Assembly: GCA_026416845.1 (NCBI GenBank)
Contig: JAOAEL010000006.1
Span: 390-64,389, forward strand
Origin: Patescibacteria group bacterium
GTDB taxonomy: Bacteria > Patescibacteriota > Microgenomatia > UBA8517
Direction: 5' to 3'
Length of the DNA: 64,000 bases
Positions 1-9,578 of this stretch are shown here, piece by piece. The notes beneath the pieces were generated by a model. That model worked only from the letters and a program-made list of their open reading frames with translations. It did no database searches and had not been told where the DNA came from. A program made the translations under genes and the position numbers. How positions within the stretch are numbered: the first letter of the stretch is position 1; each line of letters opens with the position of its first letter.

Positions 1-44
1 GCCGCTAGCGTTCGTCCTGGGCCAGGATCAAACCCTCACATTAG
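1..44 (-). rRNA. rrs: 16S rRNA, 5' end only (continues off the window edge)
   Basis: Reverse complement reads GAGGGTTTGATCCTGGCCCAGGACGAACGCTAGCGGC, the conserved 16S 5' region; exact 5' end approximate. Confidence 0.95.
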
Positions 45-466
45 CAAGAATTTATCTCAAAAATGAGAAAATTCTTTGGCTTCCAGTCACATTTTGGATG
101 GCAAGCTTTTAATTCAGCTTGCAAACAAAATGTGTTCTAAACCTTCTTAAGAATTTTTAAGGTGCAAGATCAAGACTGACTAAAGATTATCGAACTCTTA
201 AATTTACTTAAATTTTTTAGAGAGGTTTAAAAAAACAAAACATACCAAGCTAACAAAAACAACTTAGGTAAACAGCTTTTATTAGCTTGTATAGTAGGAA
301 TTGTACATCAAAAAACAAAACTTTACAACCACTAAAACTTACAAGACACAGTACAAAAGAAATACAATAAAGTAAACTATATTAAAGAAGAAATAATTTT
401 TTTTTAAAAGTACAAATTTTTAATTATTAATAAACAAAACAAAATACAAGACATAACAAAACTACT

Positions 467-1195
467 TTAACTGTTCCATTTTTTAAACCATTCTTCAAAA
501 CCGTCATCATTACCATGTTCTTCAATATACTTTTCTCTTGCTCTCTTTCTTACTTCTTCTTTCAAATGATCTATATTTTTTTGTTGAGCTTCTGTAATTC
601 TACCTTCCTCCGCAGCCATTTGTTCTTCGTCTCGAGGGACAGTTATACCTGATTCACCACTATCGCCACCATCGGTTTCATAACTTCCACCTCCAGCCCA
701 ATCCACAACACCTCCTGCTTTTTCGGCTTCAAGAAGTTTTTTATAAACACCTTCTCCAGCAACAATTAACGTGCTAGCTTCTACTATATTCAAGCCTGCA
801 TATCCAACAGTTAAAACTTTTTCAACTGCTGGCAAAGACTTTTCCGGTATTATAACTCCCATTTTTCGCCAAAACTCTATTTGTTTTTCAGCTCGCTTTC
901 TTGCTCCTTCCCAAACTGCTTCTCCTAAACTTTTTTCTGACTGACCGGCAGCTGCTTCCATAACAGGATTAGAAGTATCTGGCAATCCTCCTCCTTCCCT
1001 AATTTTTTCTTGGTAGATTCTGCCAAAAGCAACAGTTATATAACCTGGCAGATTTTTTAATGCTAAAAGTGGATCTTTTCTTTCTTTTTCGCTCAAAGGC
1101 ATATGAGATATGCCTTTTGTGGGATCTTCTCTTTGGGAATCTTGTGAAAATTGTTGTATCAAACCTTGCCCACTTTTTTCTAAAGAGTCTTCCAT
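467..1195 (-). CDS. hypothetical protein (likely start MEDSLEK)
   Basis: Long ORF, charged composition, no recognised motif. Confidence 0.65.
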   Translation of the reverse strand: MEDSLEKSGQGLIQQFSQDSQREDPTKGISHMPLSEKERKDPLLALKNLPGYITVAFGRIYQEKIREGGGLPDTSNPVMEAAAGQSEKSLGEAVWEGARKRAEKQIEFWRKMGVIIPEKSLPAVEKVLTVGYAGLNIVEASTLIVAGEGVYKKLLEAEKAGGVVDWAGGGSYETDGGDSGESGITVPRDEEQMAAEEGRITEAQQKNIDHLKEEVRKRAREKYIEEHGNDDGFEEWFKKWNS

Positions 1196-1398
1196 AAACA
1201 AGCCTATTTTCGTAAAAAATTTCAAAAAAGTCAATAATTGAAATATACACAATTATCTTAATTGCAAAATTGCAAAGTAGTATATCTTCAAACAAATCAA
1301 ACTTACAAAACAAAACGCATATAACAACAAAGATTATTAAAAAATTTTGTTTGGATACGCATCTAGACCAGGGGGATCAACAAAATTTGGCAATTTTT

Positions 1399-2244
1399 CT
1401 ACTTCCAATTCACCTGCGAAGTAGTCACGATTTCTTTCCATGGACCATCAGGAACATCTTCCTCGTCTACAAATTGCCAATCAACTTTGTTTTCGGCGTT
1501 ATTGATCCCATTAAATTTAAGACAATCGCGCAATGCGGGAGAAACATCCATGCCGGCATTGTTTGCCAATTTATTTTTGGGAGGTTTTCCTCCAAACACA
1601 TATTCGTGATCATCATATTCGTAAGGACCAGCGTCTTGTATCTGTCCATAGCAAGTGATGCCATCTTTGGAAATTTTTACCCATCTGTTTTTCATCATAG
1701 ACTCGCGCTCTCCCCAAACTTTTTCTTTTGCCCACGGGACAACTTTGTAAGCATTGTCTTTTCTTTTGCCATTCCAATCAAAATCATTATAAGGAAGATC
1801 CAAATAGAAAGGATTCTGCAAAGGTTTAAAACCTGCGGGATAGTATCCATTTCTATTTATCGGATCGTCATAACCACCATAATTTTTAAGCCATTCATCA
1901 TCCCATGCGGATATTGAATTATCCTCGCTTGATCCATTTCCAACTGGTTCTCCCACCCAAAACACTGTAGCGGTTATTCCTTTGTGAACTGGATATTTCG
2001 ATTTCGGCAAAAACTGGTCAGTATTGGTAGGAGATATAGTTGAGCTATAATTATTTTCTTTCTCTATCATTTCGTTGTCAAAATTGGTTTTTTCATAACT
2101 TTCAATCAATTGTCTGTCAAGCTGTAAATTATTTTGGGCAACTAAACTTTTTGAAAACACGTACAACAAAAAAGCAAAAATAAAAACTAAAACAAGCAAA
2201 ACAAAAAGCAATGCAATAAGTGTAAATCCATTTTTGTTAATCAC
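1399..2244 (-). CDS. membrane-anchored protein with prepilin-like N-terminus and putative DPBB/RlpA-like glycan-acting domain
   Basis: KNGFTLIALL followed by hydrophobic helix; C-terminal ATVFW, IQDAGP and GMDVSPA motifs resemble double-psi beta-barrel proteins. Confidence 0.55.
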   Translation of the reverse strand: MINKNGFTLIALLFVLLVLVFIFAFLLYVFSKSLVAQNNLQLDRQLIESYEKTNFDNEMIEKENNYSSTISPTNTDQFLPKSKYPVHKGITATVFWVGEPVGNGSSEDNSISAWDDEWLKNYGGYDDPINRNGYYPAGFKPLQNPFYLDLPYNDFDWNGKRKDNAYKVVPWAKEKVWGERESMMKNRWVKISKDGITCYGQIQDAGPYEYDDHEYVFGGKPPKNKLANNAGMDVSPALRDCLKFNGINNAENKVDWQFVDEEDVPDGPWKEIVTTSQVNWK

Positions 2245-2260
2245 AATCTAACAATAGCGC

Positions 2261-3217
2261 TTAAGTAAAAGATTGTAAAATCAAAAGCATTTCTTTGGAA
2301 TCTTTGGCGTTCATTAACTTCTCGCGGAGGCTGGATGCTCCGTCAAATCCCTTGATGTACATTTTGCAAAATTTTTTTAGAGTTGAGAAATTTTTTGTCT
2401 TACCCCAAGTTTTATCAAATATATCAATATGCTTTTTTAATAAATCAAAATATTCCTTTTTATCCCTTTGGATTTTTTCAATTTGCTTTTCAAAAACCCA
2501 AGGATCATGAAATATCCCCCTGCCAATCATCACTCCGTCCACATGATGCTTATCATACATTGTCAAAACTTGCGAGTAGCTTAAAATATCGCCATTGCCA
2601 ACAATTATTGTGCTTGGCGATACTTTGTTTTTAATCTCAACAGCTTTGCCAATCTCGTCCCAATTCGCAGATCCCTCACTCATCTGGATAGCAGTGCGAC
2701 CATGAATGGTAAGAGCATCAAGCCCTTGTTTTAACAAAAAACTTATCCACTCATTTGTTTGTATTTTGTTGAAACCAAGCCTTGTTTTTACGCTTACGGG
2801 TATTTTTTTTGCTCCGCTTCGCACTGCCGCGATTATTCTTGCAGTTTTTTCAAAATCAAGTATGCAACCAGCGCCAGCGCCTTTTTTTACAACTTTTCTG
2901 TCAGGGCAACCCATATTTATATCCACACCATCAAATCCCAAGTCAAAAACTATTTTTGCCGCTTTTTTTAGATTATCAGGATTAATACCCCAAATCTGAG
3001 CCACTATTGGACGATGAGAATCGCTGTACAAAAATTTTTTCAAAACACTTTTTCTGCCGGCACTTACCAACCCTTCAGCGTTTGTAAATTCTGTAAAAAA
3101 CACATCAGGACGTGGCAAATAATTTGTCACAAGTTCCCTAAAGGCGTAATCGGTAACATCATCCATCGGAGCCAAAACAGTGAATGGCTTGGTAAGTCTG
3201 GTCCAGAAATTTGACAT
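2261..3217 (-). CDS. dus: tRNA-dihydrouridine synthase
   Basis: LAPM..VTD..FR, DINMGCP, VSVKTR, LTIHGRT, GNGDI, GVMIGRG motifs. Confidence 0.95.
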   Translation of the reverse strand: MSNFWTRLTKPFTVLAPMDDVTDYAFRELVTNYLPRPDVFFTEFTNAEGLVSAGRKSVLKKFLYSDSHRPIVAQIWGINPDNLKKAAKIVFDLGFDGVDINMGCPDRKVVKKGAGAGCILDFEKTARIIAAVRSGAKKIPVSVKTRLGFNKIQTNEWISFLLKQGLDALTIHGRTAIQMSEGSANWDEIGKAVEIKNKVSPSTIIVGNGDILSYSQVLTMYDKHHVDGVMIGRGIFHDPWVFEKQIEKIQRDKKEYFDLLKKHIDIFDKTWGKTKNFSTLKKFCKMYIKGFDGASSLREKLMNAKDSKEMLLILQSFT

Positions 3218-3411
3218 TGGGTAATTATACTAATTCAAATCACTTTTGTTTTAAAATACGGCAAAAGAATAAAGCTCAACAAGACCAAATCAAAAAACTA
3301 AATCATAAAAGAAATAAACTACACTGCTAAAACAGCATAAAGAAATTTTCATCCAAACAAAAATTACCAAAAATAATACAACAAACTAAAATAAAAATAC
3401 CAACAATTTTG

Positions 3412-3720
3412 AAATTAGATTTCATCAATATCCCTTACCGGTACATGGCCATTTTGTTCTGGCCCTACAGGAATAACAACACCATCTCTTTCTGCATCTT
3501 CTGGAGTTTTATAACATTCCTGATCATCTTCATTGTCATTGTCATTTTCATTGTCATAAGTTTTTTCATTTTTTTCAACAAATCAAAAAAAATCAACTAA
3601 GCCAAACATCTACCAATACCTAAACGACAGATGTAAAAAAAATTCAGGTGTAAACAAGTTTGTGCAGGAACCAGGTATTTGCACAGCTGCCCAACCACTT
3701 ACTTATTCCAAATAATTCAT
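3412..3720 (-). pseudogene. decayed/frameshifted ORF remnant
   Basis: Protein-like stretches (GWAAVQIPGSCTNLF; ENDNDNEDDQECYKTPEDAERDGVVIPVGPEQNGHVPVRDIDEI*) broken by stops and homopolymer frameshifts. Confidence 0.35.
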
Positions 3721-3871
3721 TCAATCATTTCAAAACATGCAACAATCTAAGATATTTGGCAAGCACAATTTCAATGTACAACATCATCAACAAAAGTATC
3801 TCTTTACTTTACTTTACTTTATATTTAGAACTTGCATATAGCAAGCTTGATCCTATATAAAAAAGCTTCTT

Positions 3872-4534
3872 CTAACAATTTGAAGAAATCAAAGCTTCTT
3901 TTACAAACATCTTTGCTTGATCTAATGTGTAACTAAATTGGTCATCTATATTTTCAATAACAATAAACGATTGTGAATCACTTTTTTTGGCTATGTTCAA
4001 AAATTCTTCTTGGACTTGATTAATAAAAGCAAGACTTTCAGGAGATACTTTGTCCCCTCTGCCACGCAACCTTTGTTCAATTTGACTTATTGGTGAACTA
4101 AGACAAATCGTTAAATCAGGAAAACCAATTGGTGAAAATATATCTGCAATCCACTTGTTCCAATCTATCAAGTTTCCATAACTACTTCTCAATCGCATAC
4201 CTTGATATACAAAGAAAGAATAAATACCTCTATCAGAAATCAAAAAATTTTTCTGATTAGAAAAAGTTATCCTGCTTAATATTTCCTGTTGCAACATAAA
4301 ATCAGATCCCAAAATTAATGTTTCAGCTATAGGTATATGAAAATTATCACCTAACATAAAGAAAGTTTTGTCTTTTATTACATCTTTAATCAATTTGCCT
4401 ACAAGGGAAGAAGAAAACTCATCGTTCATCACAAACTCTATTCCCGAGTACTCAGTCCTTAGCCATGAAGACAGTTCACAAGCTAATCGTGTTTTTCCTA
4501 CAGCATCAGTTCCTTCAATTGCCAACCACTGCAT
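3872..4534 (-). CDS. thymidylate-kinase-like nucleoside monophosphate kinase (likely start MQWLAIEG)
   Basis: P-loop IEGTDAVGKT, ISDR..YS..VYQG, PDLTICL. Confidence 0.85.
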   Translation of the reverse strand: MQWLAIEGTDAVGKTRLACELSSWLRTEYSGIEFVMNDEFSSSLVGKLIKDVIKDKTFFMLGDNFHIPIAETLILGSDFMLQQEILSRITFSNQKNFLISDRGIYSFFVYQGMRLRSSYGNLIDWNKWIADIFSPIGFPDLTICLSSPISQIEQRLRGRGDKVSPESLAFINQVQEEFLNIAKKSDSQSFIVIENIDDQFSYTLDQAKMFVKEALISSNC

Positions 4535-4905
4535 TTTTCTTATGCCTCTTTGTAGTTGACATTTCTTTTTCATATTAAAAATTGGTTTACAAAATTTTAA
4601 CAATTTTAGGTTCGTTTTTTTACTATTAATCTAAAACTTAACACTTAACCGGGTTTTAACAAAAATTTATCCGAAATATCAGGCCTGTTAAATTTATAAT
4701 CAAGAATAATTTACTTTCTTTATATCTTTAAATTAATTATTTCATACGCTAAAACAAAATTTTTAAATTGATAAGCATTTCTTGTGGTAAAACTCTATGT
4801 GTTTGACTCAATGCTTTTCTATCAGGAAATAAATCTTCAATTTTCTTTAATGTGGTTTTCTCTCTTAATTTTTTATATAATTCTAAAGTAAAATTTTGAA
4901 GTTTT

Positions 4906-5343
4906 ATGACAAATAAACCTATTATTCAAAAAATTGTCTTAGCCGGCATTGTTTTTAACAAACAAGGAAAAGTCCTTGTCCTCCAAAGAAACGAAAACGA
5001 AAACACCCATCCTGGAATGTGGGAACTTCCCAGTGGCAAAAGGGAATTTCTTGAATCTTCACACAACGCACTAACTAGAGAAATTAAAGAAGAAACAGGT
5101 TTAGACATTGAAGTCGTACAACCTTGTTCCGTTTTTGAATACAAAATTGAAAAGCCTAACGAAATCAGAGACTCAACTCAAATTAACTTTATTGTAACAT
5201 CAGAGGTCTCAGAAGTAAGATTAAGCGAGGAACATCAAAATTATGCTTGGATCTCCAAAAATGAAATAAATAGATACAAAATGTCTGTTGAAACAAAAGA
5301 AGCAATACAATTGGCTTTTGACCTATACTCAAAAATTTTATAA
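4906..5343 (+). CDS. Nudix hydrolase
   Basis: Nudix box LPSGKREFLESSHNALTREIKEETGL; LSEEH...AW. Confidence 0.93.
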   Translation: MTNKPIIQKIVLAGIVFNKQGKVLVLQRNENENTHPGMWELPSGKREFLESSHNALTREIKEETGLDIEVVQPCSVFEYKIEKPNEIRDSTQINFIVTSEVSEVRLSEEHQNYAWISKNEINRYKMSVETKEAIQLAFDLYSKIL

Positions 5344-5345
5344 AA

Positions 5346-5906
5346 ATGAAAATTCTTCTTGAATTTTCCCGAAGTGGACTTCCCATTTATAGAAAATACA
5401 TAGAGCTCATCCGCAATTATATTCTCCAAAACGGACATAAATTGGTAACAGACTTATTAAAAGAAACTAACAATCAGGGCCAAAATGATTTGCCTAAAGA
5501 AGTGTTTTCTAAAATATCACGATCAATATCACAAGCTCAATGTGTAATTATCGAAGCTTCTGAAGTAAGTCTCAGTCTTGGTTATATCCTGACAAAAGCT
5601 ATATCACTTGGCAAGCCTGTGTTATTACTTAGACATAAAGAATCCAACCTGAAAAAAAGCAGATTTGCAGAATCAATAAAATCTAAATTACTAAAAGTTA
5701 GCATGTATGCCAATAATGAAGAACTTTTAGAAAGTCTGATTTACTTTTTAAATCAAAACAAAAATATTAAAACTCGATTCAATTTGGTAATGACAAATGA
5801 AATCGACAGTTTTGTAACTCAAGAAAGTAAAGAAAAAAACATATCAAAAACCAAGTATATAATTGACTTGATCAAAAAAAGCATGAAAGAAAAAAAGAAA
5901 AATTAA
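5346..5906 (+). CDS. nucleoside 2-deoxyribosyltransferase-fold domain fused to C-terminal ribbon-helix-helix; putative regulator
   Basis: CVIIEAS.VSLSLGYIL..AISLGKPVLLL resembles the NDT core but lacks the Glu of GYE; C-terminal RFNLVM...SKTKYIIDLI is RHH-like. Confidence 0.7.
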   Translation: MKILLEFSRSGLPIYRKYIELIRNYILQNGHKLVTDLLKETNNQGQNDLPKEVFSKISRSISQAQCVIIEASEVSLSLGYILTKAISLGKPVLLLRHKESNLKKSRFAESIKSKLLKVSMYANNEELLESLIYFLNQNKNIKTRFNLVMTNEIDSFVTQESKEKNISKTKYIIDLIKKSMKEKKKN

Positions 5907-5917
5907 GGTATTTGTTT

Positions 5918-6367
5918 TTAATTTATAAAATTTATAACCTGAGAAAATAATATTTGAAACTCATGCAAACCACACTGAGGACATGAACCATGAACAAGAT
6001 CAGGAATAAAATCACATCCTAAATTTTTCTGTATTCTTGATATAAAATCAGACATTTGTAACCTAATTTCCTTTTTCAATTTTTCGGCAAGATTCGCATC
6101 TCTTAGCACTATGGCAATACATGGCGCAGACGACATATGATTATAGTAACTCTCTGCCCAAGGAAAATGCCCAATAGCCTCTTGCCACAATTTTCGAGCG
6201 GTCTCTCTATCTAAAATAAGCTGAAAAACAAATAAAGTTTTACCATACGATTCAACCAGATTTTTAAGCCGATCCTTATCCGCTTCTGGTAAAAAATTAA
6301 ATTCAGGTTTGAATAACAAAATAGAAACCTCAAAGTCATTTGGTCTTTCATATCTTCTTTCCAACAT
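5918..6367 (-). CDS. divergent nucleoside diphosphate kinase-like protein
   Basis: ILLFKPE, Y.NHMSSAPCIAIVL, KKEIR and LVHGS (phospho-His motif) in NDK order, 149 aa. Confidence 0.75.
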   Translation of the reverse strand: MLERRYERPNDFEVSILLFKPEFNFLPEADKDRLKNLVESYGKTLFVFQLILDRETARKLWQEAIGHFPWAESYYNHMSSAPCIAIVLRDANLAEKLKKEIRLQMSDFISRIQKNLGCDFIPDLVHGSCPQCGLHEFQILFSQVINFIN

Positions 6368-6368
6368 A

Positions 6369-7583
6369 TTAATTTGCTATTAAGTGTCTCTTAACAACTT
6401 TTTCTATAATGGCAGCGTACTCATCTAAAACCGCTTTGTATCTTTTATTCTCATAAATGTCTATTGGTAATTTAATTGTTTGATCAAAAAACTGTTCAGC
6501 ACACGGAAAATCACCAATTTTATAACTGACTAAGCTCGTATATTCAGGATAAAGCAAACTCGGATCCTGAAATAATTTCAACATATTAAGTGGACAAGTA
6601 GAACTGGGCTTATCGGCATCCAATAAACCTTCCTTTACCAGCTCTTTGCAAATATCATCAGTTGATATATCAAAACAGCCACTGTTAAATTGAATTGTAT
6701 AAGCATACCAACTTGGATAAAAACCATCACATATGACAGGTATTTTTATGCCTGGTACATCTTTCAACAAAGAAGATAAATATTTAGCATTATTGTTTTT
6801 GGCTTTCAGCCATCGATCTAAATGATCAAATTGTTCATCAGCTATAGCGATGGCTAAAGGGTGTGCTCTTAACTTTAATCCAAAACCAGTAACTGCATAA
6901 GCATAATACGGCGAAGACTGGTTAATTTCCTGCTTGCATCTTTTATTGTAATGCCCAAAAAGAACAGCCCGATCATAGAGTTCTTTATTATTTGTAATAA
7001 TAATACCACCTTCACCTCCAGTAATAATTTTTTGTCCTTGCAAACTAAATGCTGCAATATCGCCAAAAGTACCAACATTTTTGTTTCCTATTTTTGCCCC
7101 GTGAGCATGCGAACAATCTTCAATTAACATTAGCTTATGTTTTTGACAGATACTCAATATTTCCTCCATGTCACAAGGAATACCCCACATATGAGTAACA
7201 ATTAAAGCTTTAGTTCTAGGAGTAATTAAAGGCTCAATTTTCTTAGGATCAATATTGCCATTTTCCTTTGAGTCACATAAAATGGGAATCGCTCCTGTCT
7301 GAAAAATCGGGGTAACAGTAGCATAAAAAGTATATGCTGGGCATATAACTTCATCTCCTTTTCTAAATCCACAAGCTACCATAGCGCTATGTAAAGCTGC
7401 AGTTCCGGAACTTGTAAGCAAAGCGTATTTACTCTTATGATAACAAGCAAACTTGTTTTCAAATTTCTCAAAAATTCCGGAACGATCATAGATTGAAATT
7501 TCTCCCTTTTCAAGCTCTTTAAGAACAGCTTTAATCGTTCTTTTGGTAATTTTAGGCCAAATATGTTTGTAACTTTTTTTCAT
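6369..7583 (-). CDS. DegT/DnrJ/EryC1/StrS family PLP aminotransferase
   Basis: SSGTAALH, GDEVICPAYTF, EDCSHAHGA, FSLQGQKIITGGEGG (PLP Lys). Confidence 0.95.
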   Translation of the reverse strand: MKKSYKHIWPKITKRTIKAVLKELEKGEISIYDRSGIFEKFENKFACYHKSKYALLTSSGTAALHSAMVACGFRKGDEVICPAYTFYATVTPIFQTGAIPILCDSKENGNIDPKKIEPLITPRTKALIVTHMWGIPCDMEEILSICQKHKLMLIEDCSHAHGAKIGNKNVGTFGDIAAFSLQGQKIITGGEGGIIITNNKELYDRAVLFGHYNKRCKQEINQSSPYYAYAVTGFGLKLRAHPLAIAIADEQFDHLDRWLKAKNNNAKYLSSLLKDVPGIKIPVICDGFYPSWYAYTIQFNSGCFDISTDDICKELVKEGLLDADKPSSTCPLNMLKLFQDPSLLYPEYTSLVSYKIGDFPCAEQFFDQTIKLPIDIYENKRYKAVLDEYAAIIEKVVKRHLIAN

Positions 7584-7587
7584 AATT

Positions 7588-8604
7588 TCAGCTTGATGCT
7601 ACCTTATAACAACGATCAATAAACTCCATATTCTTTTTATGTTGAGACAAAATATCAGAAAAGCATCTCTTCCCTCTAATGCGTTTTATAAAAAAATCCA
7701 ACTGGTTGTCTATCATCTCTGAACTTTCATCAATACTTAAGTTAAGTAAAACATTGCCTTTTTTATCTCGAAGAACCAAAGACTTTTTATCACCATTGAT
7801 TTGCGCCTTTGATCCAACAAGTTCATATTCTTCTTTTTTCTCTGCTGTTGACCTAGATAATATTATTGATCCATGCAATCCGTTGCTATACTTAAAGGAA
7901 ATCAGGGAAGTGTCTTCGGCATATTCTTTAACTTTTGGAACTGCAAGATTAGATTTAGAAACAAAAATCTTTTCAGGTTCTCCAAACCACCATAACAACT
8001 GATCTATAATGTGATATCCCATATCAATTAAACATCCCCCACCAGCCTTTAAACTATTACCTCTCCAACCTTTATGCGGATCTTGAATTTTGAGTTTGTA
8101 GCATGCACTAAACAAATAAGGTTTACCTACCTGTCTAATAACTTTTCTGGCTTCTACGTATAAAGAACTATATCTTCTTTGACTACAAACAAAACAACAT
8201 TTCTCGATACCAGGCAAAGATAATATTTTCTTCATTTCTTCTATATTTCTGGCAAAAGGCTTTTCTTTGACAAAAGGAATTCCATTGGCAACAAGTATTT
8301 TGATAATCTCAAAATATTCATCGTGTGGAAGCGAAACAATAACAAAATCAATATCTGACAGTGGAATTTTTTCAAAATTTGTATATTTTTTTACATTTCT
8401 TGATAGTTCAGAATATTTATCACAAAAAAAATCTAAAGCCTGCTTCTTTACATCACACACCACAGAAATAATAACATCATTTCTTCTTAATAAAGAAGGT
8501 ATATGATCGTTAAAAGTTTGATTACCTAAACCAATAATAGCTGCCTTTAATAACTTGTCTTGTTTATTAATCATGATGCGCAAAAGATGCGCATATATTA
8601 ACAT
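7588..8604 (-). CDS. Gfo/Idh/MocA family NAD(P)-dependent oxidoreductase
   Basis: IIGLG Rossmann motif, EKP, GGGCLIDMGYHIID; true start may be the second Met. Confidence 0.95.
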   Translation of the reverse strand: MLIYAHLLRIMINKQDKLLKAAIIGLGNQTFNDHIPSLLRRNDVIISVVCDVKKQALDFFCDKYSELSRNVKKYTNFEKIPLSDIDFVIVSLPHDEYFEIIKILVANGIPFVKEKPFARNIEEMKKILSLPGIEKCCFVCSQRRYSSLYVEARKVIRQVGKPYLFSACYKLKIQDPHKGWRGNSLKAGGGCLIDMGYHIIDQLLWWFGEPEKIFVSKSNLAVPKVKEYAEDTSLISFKYSNGLHGSIILSRSTAEKKEEYELVGSKAQINGDKKSLVLRDKKGNVLLNLSIDESSEMIDNQLDFFIKRIRGKRCFSDILSQHKKNMEFIDRCYKVASS

Positions 8605-9578
8605 TTAATAAAAGATAAATCAAACTTTACCAAATAAAGTAAAACTGCAATCCTTATTCCCTAACTTTCCCAAATTTTTTGAAAAAAACGCAAATAAATA
8701 TTTAAAATTTTCAAAACTCGGCCACAATCAACTAAGTAAGAAAACGAAAAAACAATAGAGAGTTAAAAAATATGAAGCCACTAAAAAAAAGTAATAACAA
8801 ATTGTAAAAAAATGCAATTACACAATAAACTAAATTTTGAATTTTTGATTTTCAAAATCCAACTAAAATGACTTATAAAAATTGCTAAATAGCAAAATAA
8901 TTAAAAGATAAAAAATATAAGCAAAAACAGCACGGTTGTATTTTTTAATAGATAATTTTTTTCTACAAGCATTTAGTTGTCCAACAACATGACAACAATT
9001 TTAGTCTTGAGTCAAAATTATCACAAAATCAAGTTGTTTAAAAATCGGTTTATAAAATTGCTCATAAAACACTTCTGGCTAAATAAAAAAAATTTATAGG
9101 TTGATAACCTTCTAATTTATCAACCTTTATACACCGAATAATTTTGTGTAAACGCTAATAAGGTATTTATTAAAGCATGAGTTAAACATCAAAATTTTTT
9201 GAGTTTATGTTCTTTTGAACCATTAAATACAATCGAAATTTTTAGTTCTAGATTTTTTTTGATTACAAAGAATTCAATCCTGCAAAATTCATTGACGGTT
9301 TTTATTTAAATTGTCATAACATACTACAATATTGATAGTTTTTTGGCCATTTTTATATTATCAAGTTTTAAACTTTTGTTAAAAAATCTGCAAAACCAAG
9401 TAAAATTGCAATTACAAAAATATTTGTCATCATTTAGCAACTATGGCAAAACTGTCAGATCGAAATTCTTTTTGAGTAATCGGCAAATTTCCGAAGTTTT
9501 CAAAAAAGCTAATTTGAGGTTCTTATAGCGAAGTCAGTTGCTATAGTCACTAACCATTCATAAATCTTTTCTTTTTAC

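Noticed and set aside
1270-1917. 215-aa plus-strand ORF and other antisense ORFs in the track
   Set aside because: Shadow frames of well-supported opposite-strand genes
3520-3560. Short CATTGT/CATTTT tandem repeats
   Set aside because: Encode a low-complexity (E/D)N stretch in a decayed ORF; not an array
6369-8604. Routine O-antigen/NDP-amino-sugar pair (WlbA/WlbC-like) or kanosamine genes
   Set aside because: Not excluded, but disfavoured: no glycosyltransferase, acetyltransferase, flippase or HAD phosphatase is adjacent, and all neighbours act on nucleotides
8605-9570. Long AT-rich intergenic region as oriC or CRISPR array
   Set aside because: No cluster of consensus DnaA boxes and no regularly spaced direct repeats found by eye
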